Positions 7,375 to 14,969 of a DNA stretch of 29,978 nucleotides are shown one piece after another. Position numbers and translations under genes: made by a program. The DNA lies in IMG/VR virus record IMGVR_UViG_3300020043_003044, positions 1 through 29,978 of that record. One strand, given 5' to 3'. Below the pieces are notes generated by a model. The model was not told the origin of the DNA, did no database searches, and saw only the letters and a list, made by a program, of their open reading frames with translations. Position 1 is the first letter of the stretch, and the number at the start of each line of letters is the position of its first letter. The stretch is from a virus. Its lineage: Duplodnaviria; Caudoviricetes.

Positions 7375-7524
7375 TGGTTGGTTGTGATGCCAGCATTGTA
7401 AGAGATTTTTAACAGTACAACCGCCGATGCAATAAAAATATTTTACTTTTTTTATGCAAATCTTTTACATTGGCATTAAATTTGGATTACACTACATGCA
7501 CCGCAACAAACTAGGAATAGCAAA
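7375..7524. promoter_or_regulatory. divergent promoter region
   Basis: AT-rich. Leftward GTTAAAAATCTCTTACAAT (7413-7395), rightward TTTACA-N18-TACACT, and leader AACTAGGAATAGCAAA at 7509-7524. Confidence 0.75.
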
Positions 7525-8118
7525 TTGGACACAATCGACAACATCATGGCTCTGGCAGATGAATACGCCGATGAAAAGCAAATAAGCGCCCGTTTCAGTA
7601 GTGGAGGTTTTTACACAAAAATGTGCGCACAAATGGAGGTTATAAACAAACGCGCAGCACTCCGCGCAGCACTCCGCGCCGAACTAGCGCAGCACGCACG
7701 GCAAGAAAGCGACGGCTACATGCGCGGGTTCAATGATGGAATGAAAGAAGCACCAACTGGTGAATGCTGGATTCGAGCAATAGACGAGGCGATGGTGGGT
7801 GCGCATATTGGAGTCGCCAATATTGGTGATGACTACGGAACGGCAAAAGAAAAGCTGAATAGTTTGATTTGCTGGAGTGTTGAGGTGGATCGTGAACTTT
7901 CTAAACCAGCGCAGCAAGCAGAGCAAGGCTGGGTTTCACTTAATGATGGGCTCCCGCAACCGCACCAAATGGTCTTAGTTGCCAGAGGTAAATTCGTTAC
8001 AACTGGCTCATACAGTCAGGCCTTCGGATGGGAGTGGGCGGAATTGGATGGCGAGGATGATGATTCCGTAGCAACCCACTGGATGGCTATTCCAGCAGCA
8101 CCAAAGGAAATCAAATGA
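7525..8118 (+). CDS. mosaic early protein with C-terminal DUF551-like domain
   Basis: TTG start after the shared leader. C-terminal W..LP...VLV...ATHWMAIPAAP. Confidence 0.8.
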   Translation: MDTIDNIMALADEYADEKQISARFSSGGFYTKMCAQMEVINKRAALRAALRAELAQHARQESDGYMRGFNDGMKEAPTGECWIRAIDEAMVGAHIGVANIGDDYGTAKEKLNSLICWSVEVDRELSKPAQQAEQGWVSLNDGLPQPHQMVLVARGKFVTTGSYSQAFGWEWAELDGEDDDSVATHWMAIPAAPKEIK

Positions 8119-8549
8119 AATCACAAACCATAATCAACCGCGCTGCAAACGCTGCTGCAAAGCACGACAGTGACCCAATTGGCCGCTTGTCTTTTCACGT
8201 TGGCGCACTGGAAGCTGAGGTGCAATCTTTGTGTAAAGAACTCGCCCAGTTCAAGCCAGTATGCACCGGCACAGAGACTACGTTTATAACCGACGACGGC
8301 AAAGAGCTTGTAATCTTTTACGATGCTGACGATGATGGATTCAATGAACTTACTGGAGTCTATGCCAACGGCTTCGATGTAATGGAGTTGCTTGATGCAA
8401 TGCTTCTTAAGCGAATAGAAGAACACTGTATTGACCATGCCTATGTGGCGAGGCAGGAAGCGAAACACGCCGATGCGGATATGCACTACCAACTAAAGCG
8501 TGATGCTGAATTGGAGGGCAATCCATGTGGTTCATCCCGCGCAGCATAG
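8115..8549 (+). CDS. hypothetical protein
   Basis: 144-aa ORF with AAGGA RBS and ATGA coupling. Confidence 0.7.
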   Translation: MKSQTIINRAANAAAKHDSDPIGRLSFHVGALEAEVQSLCKELAQFKPVCTGTETTFITDDGKELVIFYDADDDGFNELTGVYANGFDVMELLDAMLLKRIEEHCIDHAYVARQEAKHADADMHYQLKRDAELEGNPCGSSRAA

Positions 8550-8713
8550 GTTACTGCCACGATACGGGCGGGTATTCCGGCGCATTCTCTTGGTGGCGGT
8601 CCACAACAAAGCCAAGCGGGTGGAGTGTGTGCGACCATACCGGGTTTTGTGATCATGGCGTGAGCTTTGCCGTGATTGACGATTTTGGCAACCTGGTGCG
8701 TGTGAAAGATTGA
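8525..8713 (+). CDS. small hypothetical protein ending DDFGNLVRV
   Basis: GGAGG upstream of the ATG. Ends just before the next promoter. Confidence 0.6.
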   Translation: MWFIPRSIGYCHDTGGYSGAFSWWRSTTKPSGWSVCDHTGFCDHGVSFAVIDDFGNLVRVKD

Positions 8714-8717
8714 AACA

Positions 8718-8815
8718 TAGGGTTTGCCCTAATAAAATATTTGTAAATCTTTTACATTGTCGTTAAAAATAGATTACAATAACTACATCACAACAAACAA
8801 ACTAGGAATAGCAAA
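8718..8815 (+). promoter_or_regulatory. repeated early promoter/leader, copy 2
   Basis: TAGGGTTTGCCCTA, TGTAAATCTTTTACA (8742-8756), TACAAT, and AACTAGGAATAGCAAA (8800-8815). Confidence 0.8.
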
Positions 8816-9421
8816 ATGACAAACCCAACAATAAAACACCGTTACACAGGCGCAGTCTTGTTTGAAGGCGAATCTGGTATGACTACGCGCCAGATGCTTG
8901 AGAAGGCAACGGCTAGCTCTGCCGACCTGAGCTATGCCGATCTGAGCTATGCCAACCTGCGCTCTGCCGACCTGAGCTCTGCCGACCTGAGCTCTGCCGA
9001 CCTGAGCTATGCCGACCTGAGCTATGCCGATCTGCGCTCTGCCGACCTGCGCTCTGCCAACCTGCGCTCTGCCGACCTGCGCTATGCCAACCTGAGCTTT
9101 GCCAACCTGAGCTTTGCCAACCTGCGCTCTGCCGACCTGCGCTCTGCCGAACTGCGCTCTGCCGACCTGAGCTATGGAAAAGCTATTGGCTTACGACCAT
9201 ATTTTTCAATTGGCCCAATCGGTTCACGCTGCGACTATGCACAATTGTGGATTACAGACAAAGGTTCATTCGTTAAAGCTGGATGCTTCAATGGAACTCT
9301 TGATGAGTTTGCAGCGGCTTGTATTACAACTCACGGAGATACTGATCATGGAAAAGAATATGCAATGGCAGTGCGGATGTTTGAAGCGCATGCAGCATTG
9401 TGGACACCAAAAGCCAACTAA
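8816..9421 (+). CDS. pentapeptide repeat protein
   Basis: 17 A[DNE]L[SR][SYF] repeats, followed by a C-terminal IGPIGSR...KAGCF domain. Confidence 0.92.
   Translation: MTNPTIKHRYTGAVLFEGESGMTTRQMLEKATASSADLSYADLSYANLRSADLSSADLSSADLSYADLSYADLRSADLRSANLRSADLRYANLSFANLSFANLRSADLRSAELRSADLSYGKAIGLRPYFSIGPIGSRCDYAQLWITDKGSFVKAGCFNGTLDEFAAACITTHGDTDHGKEYAMAVRMFEAHAALWTPKAN
8921..9175 (+). repeat. 15-bp tandem array (17 units, consensus GCCGACCTG[AC]GCT[ACT]T)
   Basis: Read directly from the sequence. Encodes the pentapeptides. Confidence 0.95.
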
Positions 9422-9435
9422 CTAGGAATAGCAAA

Positions 9436-9675
9436 ATGACCATCGCAACAATCCGTAAAACTATCGAATCATGCAACTGGAGCCGCAATGATCTGTCAGG
9501 CGCAACCAAGAGCGAATTTAAGTCAATGGACGTGCCATCTATTTTGACTAAGCACATTGAGGCGGTTCAGAGCTTAGTTATTCCTGCGCGGTTTGTGCGT
9601 GACATTGAAAATCAAAAATGGGCTATCGAATGCGCTCAAAAACAAATCCAAAAATGGACGGCGTTGCAAGCGTAA
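9436..9675 (+). CDS. hypothetical protein (79 aa)
   Basis: ATG directly after the shared leader at 9420-9435. Confidence 0.75.
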   Translation: MTIATIRKTIESCNWSRNDLSGATKSEFKSMDVPSILTKHIEAVQSLVIPARFVRDIENQKWAIECAQKQIQKWTALQA

Positions 9676-9722
9676 ACCAAGGGGCTCCGGCCCCAGTCAA
9701 TCAACTAACTAGGAAAAGCAAA

Positions 9723-9911
9723 ATGAAACAAACAAAGTGCTGTGTGGAAAAAAATTGCAATCAAGGGCGTGATTGCCCTAACTCATACAAGGCCAACTTC
9801 GACCACTTAGGCAACCCAGTTGACCAAACGCCACCATTCCGCATTAGCGACTTGATCATTATCTGCATTGCAGTGCTGGGAACTGTGGCTTTGTTGTCGG
9901 GGGTGATATGA
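9723..9911 (+). CDS. small membrane protein with CNQGRDCP motif
   Basis: ATG after the leader at 9707-9722. Cys-rich N-terminus and hydrophobic C-terminal helix. Confidence 0.7.
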   Translation: MKQTKCCVEKNCNQGRDCPNSYKANFDHLGNPVDQTPPFRISDLIIICIAVLGTVALLSGVI

Positions 9912-10327
9912 CCACAATCGACAACATCATGAAGCTGGCTTACAAGTTAAGGGATGCTCGCAGCAGTGACTGGGACGTAGACGGGGCGGTTGAAGCAGAC
10001 AGAGCACTCCGCACCGCACTGACTGAGGCACTAGACCATATTGTTAGCGTCAACGATATGGTTGCGCAGCCAGTACGAGATCCTCTGAGCATCAGATGGC
10101 CTCACCGAGTTGAGCATATTTCGGAGCTTGGTTATGTAGTGTGGCGCGATGTATTTGAGGGTGTAATGCGTTGCACATTGCGTGATGCGGTATTGGCTCA
10201 CAAGGTAGCCGTATTCGTGTCGCAAGACGAAGCCGATGACTACGCACACTATCGCAACACACGAACCGCAACGCTTGGGACAGATGCAATAGAACCTGTA
10301 AAGAACGGCATTGGGGGTGACAAATGA
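9908..10327 (+). CDS. mosaic early protein
   Basis: Shares TIDNIM, ALRTALTEAL and AQPVR segments with neighbouring genes. Confidence 0.75.
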   Translation: MTTIDNIMKLAYKLRDARSSDWDVDGAVEADRALRTALTEALDHIVSVNDMVAQPVRDPLSIRWPHRVEHISELGYVVWRDVFEGVMRCTLRDAVLAHKVAVFVSQDEADDYAHYRNTRTATLGTDAIEPVKNGIGGDK

Positions 10328-10425
10328 TAGTTTGTTTCAGACTGTATGCAATGTATCGCCACCACGGTCACACTCCATGGCGGTCAATCGTGCGGGCTGT
10401 GGAAACCATGCGCAGGATGTCGTAA
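10324..10425 (+). CDS. small hypothetical protein (33 aa, MIVCFRLYAMYRHHGHTPWRSIVRAVETMRRMS)
   Basis: Not in the ORF track. ATGA coupling, and it fills the gap before erf. Confidence 0.5.
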   Translation: MIVCFRLYAMYRHHGHTPWRSIVRAVETMRRMS

Positions 10426-10444
10426 TCAATAACTAAGGTAAAAA

Positions 10445-11050
10445 ATGAGCGTTTATAAATCAATCAATGCAGTGCAGTCCGAGCTGTCAAAAAACGGCAT
10501 TACAAAAGACCGCACCAATACGCAAGGCTCTGGGTATAAATTCCGTGGAATTGACGACGTATACAACACCATCGCGCCGATGCTTTCCCGCCATGGCCTG
10601 TGCATCCTTCCTCGCGTGTTGAATCGCACAATTACAGAACGTATCTCCCAAAAGGGTGGGGCTTTGTTCTATGTAGTGGTAGAAGCTGAGTTCGATTTTG
10701 TATGCGCAGAGGATGGCTCAAAACACACCGTCAAGACGTTTGGCGAGGCTATGGATAGTGGCGACAAGGCAACTAACAAAGCAATGTCAGCGGCTTATAA
10801 ATACGCTTGCTTTCAAGCATTCAGCATTCCAACCGAAGCTGATAACGATGCAGACGCGCACACTTATGAAGTGAAGATTGAGCCATTCGACCTATTAGCA
10901 GCATTGGACGCAGTCGAAGCCGCACAGGACGTGAAACAACTTGAGCTAGTGTGGAAAGCACGCAGCGCCCAGGCGAAGGCTGCAAACGATCGTGCTGCTT
11001 ATGATGCGCTGGCGGCTGCGGTAAAAGATAAGAAAGCCACGCTGCAATGA
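10445..11050 (+). CDS. ERF-family single-strand annealing recombinase
   Basis: YKFRGIDDV and GEAMDSGDKATNKAMSAAYKYA motifs. Confidence 0.88.
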   Translation: MSVYKSINAVQSELSKNGITKDRTNTQGSGYKFRGIDDVYNTIAPMLSRHGLCILPRVLNRTITERISQKGGALFYVVVEAEFDFVCAEDGSKHTVKTFGEAMDSGDKATNKAMSAAYKYACFQAFSIPTEADNDADAHTYEVKIEPFDLLAALDAVEAAQDVKQLELVWKARSAQAKAANDRAAYDALAAAVKDKKATLQ

Positions 11051-11703
11051 CGGAAATAAACTTTCGAGCTTCTAGCATTGCACGATTGATGACAGAGCCA
11101 AAGACTAAAAGTGCTGGCCCGTTGTCGGTGGGCGCCAGAACGTACATTCGTGAGTTAGCGGCCCAGGAAATACTGGGTATTGATTTTCACGTATCAAGCA
11201 AGCCTATGAGTAAAGGAATTGCCTGCGAAGAAACTGCAATCCAGTTATTGAATAACGTGCGAGGCACCTGGTTGACGAAAAACACTGAGCGCAGGACAAA
11301 GCATGGCATTACGGGCGAATGTGATTTATTTTGTAAAACTACCAACCGTGGATACGACATCAAATGTAGCTGGAGCGCCGCTACATTCCCAATACTTCCA
11401 GTAGATTGCGAAGAAGTCGGTTATGAGTGGCAGATGCGTGCGTATATGCTACTTTGGCAGGCGAGTGAGTGGTCTGTTGACTATGTGTTAGTGGACACGC
11501 CAGAGCACCTCATAGGATATGAGCCAATCGAGATGCATAAATTCTGGCATATCCCAGAACACCATCGCCTAACAAGCTGGCTTATTACACGAGATATGGA
11601 AAAAGAACAGCGCATGATCGAGAAGGTCGGCCATGCACGCGAGTATTTCGCGCAGGTCATTCAAGAATTTCAAGCAACACATTCAGTCAACCAAGGAGAA
11701 TAA
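11047..11703 (+). CDS. YqaJ/lambda-exonuclease-like PD-(D/E)XK nuclease
   Basis: RASS, KG..E, TGECD, DIKCSW and YEWQMRAYM motifs. Lies between erf and ssb. Confidence 0.82.
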   Translation: MTEINFRASSIARLMTEPKTKSAGPLSVGARTYIRELAAQEILGIDFHVSSKPMSKGIACEETAIQLLNNVRGTWLTKNTERRTKHGITGECDLFCKTTNRGYDIKCSWSAATFPILPVDCEEVGYEWQMRAYMLLWQASEWSVDYVLVDTPEHLIGYEPIEMHKFWHIPEHHRLTSWLITRDMEKEQRMIEKVGHAREYFAQVIQEFQATHSVNQGE

Positions 11704-11704
11704 A

Positions 11705-12106
11705 TTGAATTCCATTACCATAGCCGGAAATATTTCAAGTGACGCAGAGATCCGCTCACTGCCAAACGGAGACCTAGTCTCCAACTTTAGCCTTGCTGAC
11801 AACATGGGCAAAGACAAAGGCGCGATTTTTTGGCGATGCCAGCTTTTTGGCAAACGTGCCGAGAGCCTTTCCGTGTGGCTTAAAAAAGGCGCAAGCGTAA
11901 CCGTAAGCGGCGAAGTTACAGAGCGCGAATATACAGACAAAGAGGGCAATAAACGCAAATCGATGGAAATCCGTGTTGGTAACGTCGCCCTACAAGGCGG
12001 GCGCAAGGAAGAATCAGCGCCACGGCCACAAAGCCAGCCGCAACGCACTGCGCCAGCGCGTAACCAAGGCAGCGGGTTTGAGGATTTTACAGACGCGCCC
12101 TTCTGA
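11705..12106 (+). CDS. ssb: single-stranded DNA-binding protein
   Basis: OB-fold motifs (NSITIAGNI, FGKRAE, LKKG..VTVSG) and acidic DAPF tail. TTG start after GGAG. Confidence 0.92.
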   Translation: MNSITIAGNISSDAEIRSLPNGDLVSNFSLADNMGKDKGAIFWRCQLFGKRAESLSVWLKKGASVTVSGEVTEREYTDKEGNKRKSMEIRVGNVALQGGRKEESAPRPQSQPQRTAPARNQGSGFEDFTDAPF

Positions 12107-12123
12107 TCACTAGCTAGTTTTCC

Positions 12124-12177
12124 GCACCGATTTCCGCTGGGGTTCCTGGTGGGGCGCACAATCGGTGCTTTTATTTT
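12124..12177 (+). terminator. probable intrinsic terminator after ssb
   Basis: GCACCGATT/AATCGGTGC stem with a large loop, followed by TTTTATTTT. Confidence 0.5.
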
Positions 12178-12243
12178 GTAAATCTTTTACATTGCCGTTA
12201 AAAATAGATTACACTATGCGCACCAACAACTAGGAATAGCAAA
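12177..12243 (+). promoter_or_regulatory. repeated early promoter/leader, copy 3
   Basis: TGTAAATCTTTTACATTGCCGTTAAAAATAGATTACACT followed by AACTAGGAATAGCAAA. Confidence 0.8.
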
Positions 12244-12603
12244 ATGACTAATACCATCACACTGCCACGAGAGGTAATTGAGCAGGCAATTGACACTCTT
12301 GGATACTATGCATCAGTCGCAGGCGAGGATGACCAAGACACCCCAGCAAAACAAATGCAAGCAGCACTCCGCGCCGAACTAGCGCAGCAAGCAGAGCAAG
12401 GATGGCAACCTATTTCTACTGCGCCGAAGGATGGATCAACAATCGTAGTCGGCTTTGGTAGGCAAAGTAGTTTCCCTGTTTTAATTGTGTTTTACAACAA
12501 GATGCATAAATTCTGGTCACATTACGGTGAAGCCAAACTAGGACTTGAAGTAAATGCAACCCACTGGATGGCGCTACCTTCACCACAAAAGGGGGTGGTA
12601 TGA
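12244..12603 (+). CDS. mosaic early protein with DUF551-like domain
   Basis: WQPISTAPKDG...ATHWMALP. Confidence 0.82.
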   Translation: MTNTITLPREVIEQAIDTLGYYASVAGEDDQDTPAKQMQAALRAELAQQAEQGWQPISTAPKDGSTIVVGFGRQSSFPVLIVFYNKMHKFWSHYGEAKLGLEVNATHWMALPSPQKGVV

Positions 12604-12962
12604 CCGAATACTGCTACAGCACCAATGAAGAAAACTTCCAGTTCGAATCTATGGGCGACATAATTGAGTATCTTGATGGAGAAACCGAGGACAAGATTGG
12701 CGCTACCTACTGGAAAGGCGAGAAGGTTGAGCTAAGTCATGAAGATTGCATTGACGTGGATAGCTTTCTGGAAATGTGCGACGAACGCGCCTATGAGGAA
12801 ATTGGCGAGATCTATGACAACTGCTTTACTGATATCGATGATGCCGCTAGAGAAGAACTCGCAGACCTTATCAAAACATGGGCAAAGAAGCATGTGGTAA
12901 TGGGGTACTGGAAAGTGCTTAACGTCCAAGAACTGAAGATCACTGCAGGGGATTTGGCATGA
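12600..12962 (+). CDS. acidic hypothetical phage protein
   Basis: 120 aa, D/E-rich, coupled on both sides. Confidence 0.75.
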   Translation: MTEYCYSTNEENFQFESMGDIIEYLDGETEDKIGATYWKGEKVELSHEDCIDVDSFLEMCDERAYEEIGEIYDNCFTDIDDAAREELADLIKTWAKKHVVMGYWKVLNVQELKITAGDLA

Positions 12963-13546
12963 AACACACAGTAGACACACTAATGGCGCTGGCCTACAAG
13001 CTGCGCTACGCAAAATCAGCAAGCTACGCAAGAGTATCGGAAGAAGCACTCCGCACCGCACTGACTGAGGCACTTGCAAAGGATGCCTCCCTCATTTGTG
13101 AGGGTACCAAAGCACAGCCAATAGAACCAACGCACTACCTTGATGCTATGGGACTTTGCTACACAGCAGAACGCGCTAAGTTTATCGGTATAGATGTTGC
13201 TTCAATGGTTGCTCTATACGCTGCCCCACGGATAGCGCAGCAAGTACGGGAGCCTGTGGCTATGGAAGACGCTGAAAGCTTGCTTCAAGATGTTTCCGCC
13301 TATATCGGCGTTGGTGGCTTCAACGGAGCAACACCAAAGCAACTGTCAGAGCGTATTTGCGTGGAGTTTGAACGATTAAACAATAAGGCTCAGACAGCGC
13401 AGCCAGTACGGGAGCCGCTACAAGATTCACTAGCTTGGGAGCTTTGGCTGAATGCAGTAGACACTGCCAACAACACGGGCAGGCTAGTTGCGTACACCTA
13501 CAAAGAAGCAATTGAGCGCGCCCACAATATCCGAAGTGAAAATTGA
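12959..13546 (+). CDS. mosaic early protein with three AQ[PQ]..EP linkers
   Basis: Contains AQPIEP, AQQVREP and AQPVREP. C-terminus is AIERAHNI. Confidence 0.78.
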   Translation: MKHTVDTLMALAYKLRYAKSASYARVSEEALRTALTEALAKDASLICEGTKAQPIEPTHYLDAMGLCYTAERAKFIGIDVASMVALYAAPRIAQQVREPVAMEDAESLLQDVSAYIGVGGFNGATPKQLSERICVEFERLNNKAQTAQPVREPLQDSLAWELWLNAVDTANNTGRLVAYTYKEAIERAHNIRSEN

Positions 13547-13740
13547 CCTACACCGCAACCCCAACCGTATTCGAAATACACGATGACGAAACGCACGAGT
13601 TTGTAGCGCGGGTATCAATGTTTGATGAAGGCGGCGCAACGATTGAGCTGAAAAGCTGCTTTGATCGCACTACTTTCGATGCAATCGTTCCAAGTTTGCA
13701 GCATGCGTTATCGGCAATGAACCTAGAAGGTGATAAATGA
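13543..13740 (+). CDS. hypothetical protein
   Basis: 65-aa ORF with 4-bp overlaps. Confidence 0.6.
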   Translation: MTYTATPTVFEIHDDETHEFVARVSMFDEGGATIELKSCFDRTTFDAIVPSLQHALSAMNLEGDK

Positions 13741-13952
13741 AAAGGGAACCCACACTCCAACAATGGAAGCGCAGCGCACTTGCAGCGCAGGAAGAACTCG
13801 CATTGATTCACATCATGCGAGCTTTAGACTCAAAGCGTGAGTTAGATATGGCGCGGGAAAATGCAGCGCTTCGGGTTGCACTGCGAGAAATTCAGGAAGT
13901 TAGCAATTGGGCATACGGGCAGATTGCCGATACTTTGAATGGTGCAAAATGA
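13737..13952 (+). CDS. hypothetical coiled-coil protein
   Basis: 71-aa ORF with ATGA coupling. Confidence 0.65.
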   Translation: MKREPTLQQWKRSALAAQEELALIHIMRALDSKRELDMARENAALRVALREIQEVSNWAYGQIADTLNGAK

Positions 13953-14095
13953 CGAAATCAGAAATTTTGGACACGATAAAACTACTCAGCGCACTAGAGG
14001 CATGGAGCTTTGCAAACAATCACAGCTTGCCTAAGTACCTGCTTGAGGACTTGGACAAGACTATCGAAGTGTTGAGCGCTGAGGTATTAAAGTGA
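13949..14095 (+). CDS. small hypothetical protein (48 aa, MTKSEILD...)
   Basis: ATGA coupling at 13949. Confidence 0.6.
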   Translation: MTKSEILDTIKLLSALEAWSFANNHSLPKYLLEDLDKTIEVLSAEVLK

Positions 14096-14301
14096 GCACT
14101 AACACCGAATCGCCTGGCAACTCTATGCGATTCCGCTGCAACTGTGGCGGGAAAATATACGTTCAGGAAACTCGCGCCTGTGCTGACGTTATTTACAGGA
14201 TACGCAAGTGCTTTGATTGCAAAGAAATTTTCACAACTAAGGAAGAAGTAATCGAGGGATTCATTCCGCGCGAAGCCGTAACACAAAGAAAAAAATTATG
14301 A
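14092..14301 (+). CDS. zinc-ribbon protein resembling the NrdR N-terminal domain
   Basis: CxCGG..V.ETR......RIRKCxxC...FTTKE. Confidence 0.6.
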   Translation: MSTNTESPGNSMRFRCNCGGKIYVQETRACADVIYRIRKCFDCKEIFTTKEEVIEGFIPREAVTQRKKL

Positions 14302-14930
14302 ATGTCAAACTAATATCAGCAACGCCGGATGCTGACAAAATGCTTGGGTACGTGGCCAGGGTAAGCTCACCCGCAAACCAGGATAACCCGGATGTGAGTA
14401 AGTTACTGCGCTACTGTGGAACTAACGGCCATTGGAGTGTGTTCGAGCATGCCTTTGCTACGCTTGAAATCAACACAACCAGAGATATTGCCAGGCAAAT
14501 GCTTAGGCATCGCAGTTTCTCATTTTCCGAATTGTCTCAAAGGTATTCGGACGTCAGTGTGCTGGGTGATGCAAAACAGCGCGAATGCCGATTGCAGGAC
14601 ACTAAAAACCGCCAAAACTCACTGCCGTCTAATGACGCTGACTTGAATGAATGGTGGTTGCAGGCGCAGTCCGAAGTTGTAGAAAAGGTAGAAGGCCTGT
14701 ACCAATTGGCATTAAGCAAAGGCATTGCAAAGGAACAAGCCCGCGCACTACTCCCGGAAGGGTTGACGCCATCACGCCTGTATATGTCCGGCTCGCTTCG
14801 GTCGTGGACACATTACATCCAGGTTAGGATTGACGAAAGCACACAAAAAGAGCACCGACTGATTGCCCAAGAGGTGCTAGAAGTTTTACGTGATGTAGCA
14901 CCGATAACTATGACTGCTTTTTTCGACTAA
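14298..14930 (+). CDS. thyX: flavin-dependent thymidylate synthase
   Basis: GHWSVFEH, RHRSFSFSELSQRY (RHR-x7-S-x-R signature), KEQAR and TQKEHR. Confidence 0.96.
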   Translation: MNVKLISATPDADKMLGYVARVSSPANQDNPDVSKLLRYCGTNGHWSVFEHAFATLEINTTRDIARQMLRHRSFSFSELSQRYSDVSVLGDAKQRECRLQDTKNRQNSLPSNDADLNEWWLQAQSEVVEKVEGLYQLALSKGIAKEQARALLPEGLTPSRLYMSGSLRSWTHYIQVRIDESTQKEHRLIAQEVLEVLRDVAPITMTAFFD

Positions 14931-14969
14931 TACGCCCAGCGCCTCTGAACTATGTTTACGCGCTGGCTT

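Noticed and set aside
8921-9175. Regular repeat array as a possible CRISPR
   Set aside because: Contiguous 15-bp units with no spacers, fully explained by pentapeptide coding.
7525-13546. Diversity-generating retroelement or shufflon as the source of the repeats
   Set aside because: No reverse transcriptase or site-specific recombinase is in the window. The repeats are short, direct and not adenine-specifically variable.
14936-14969. Terminator between convergent thyX and lysis genes
   Set aside because: The 7-bp stem has a 17-nt loop and only a short T-run, too weak to list as a feature.
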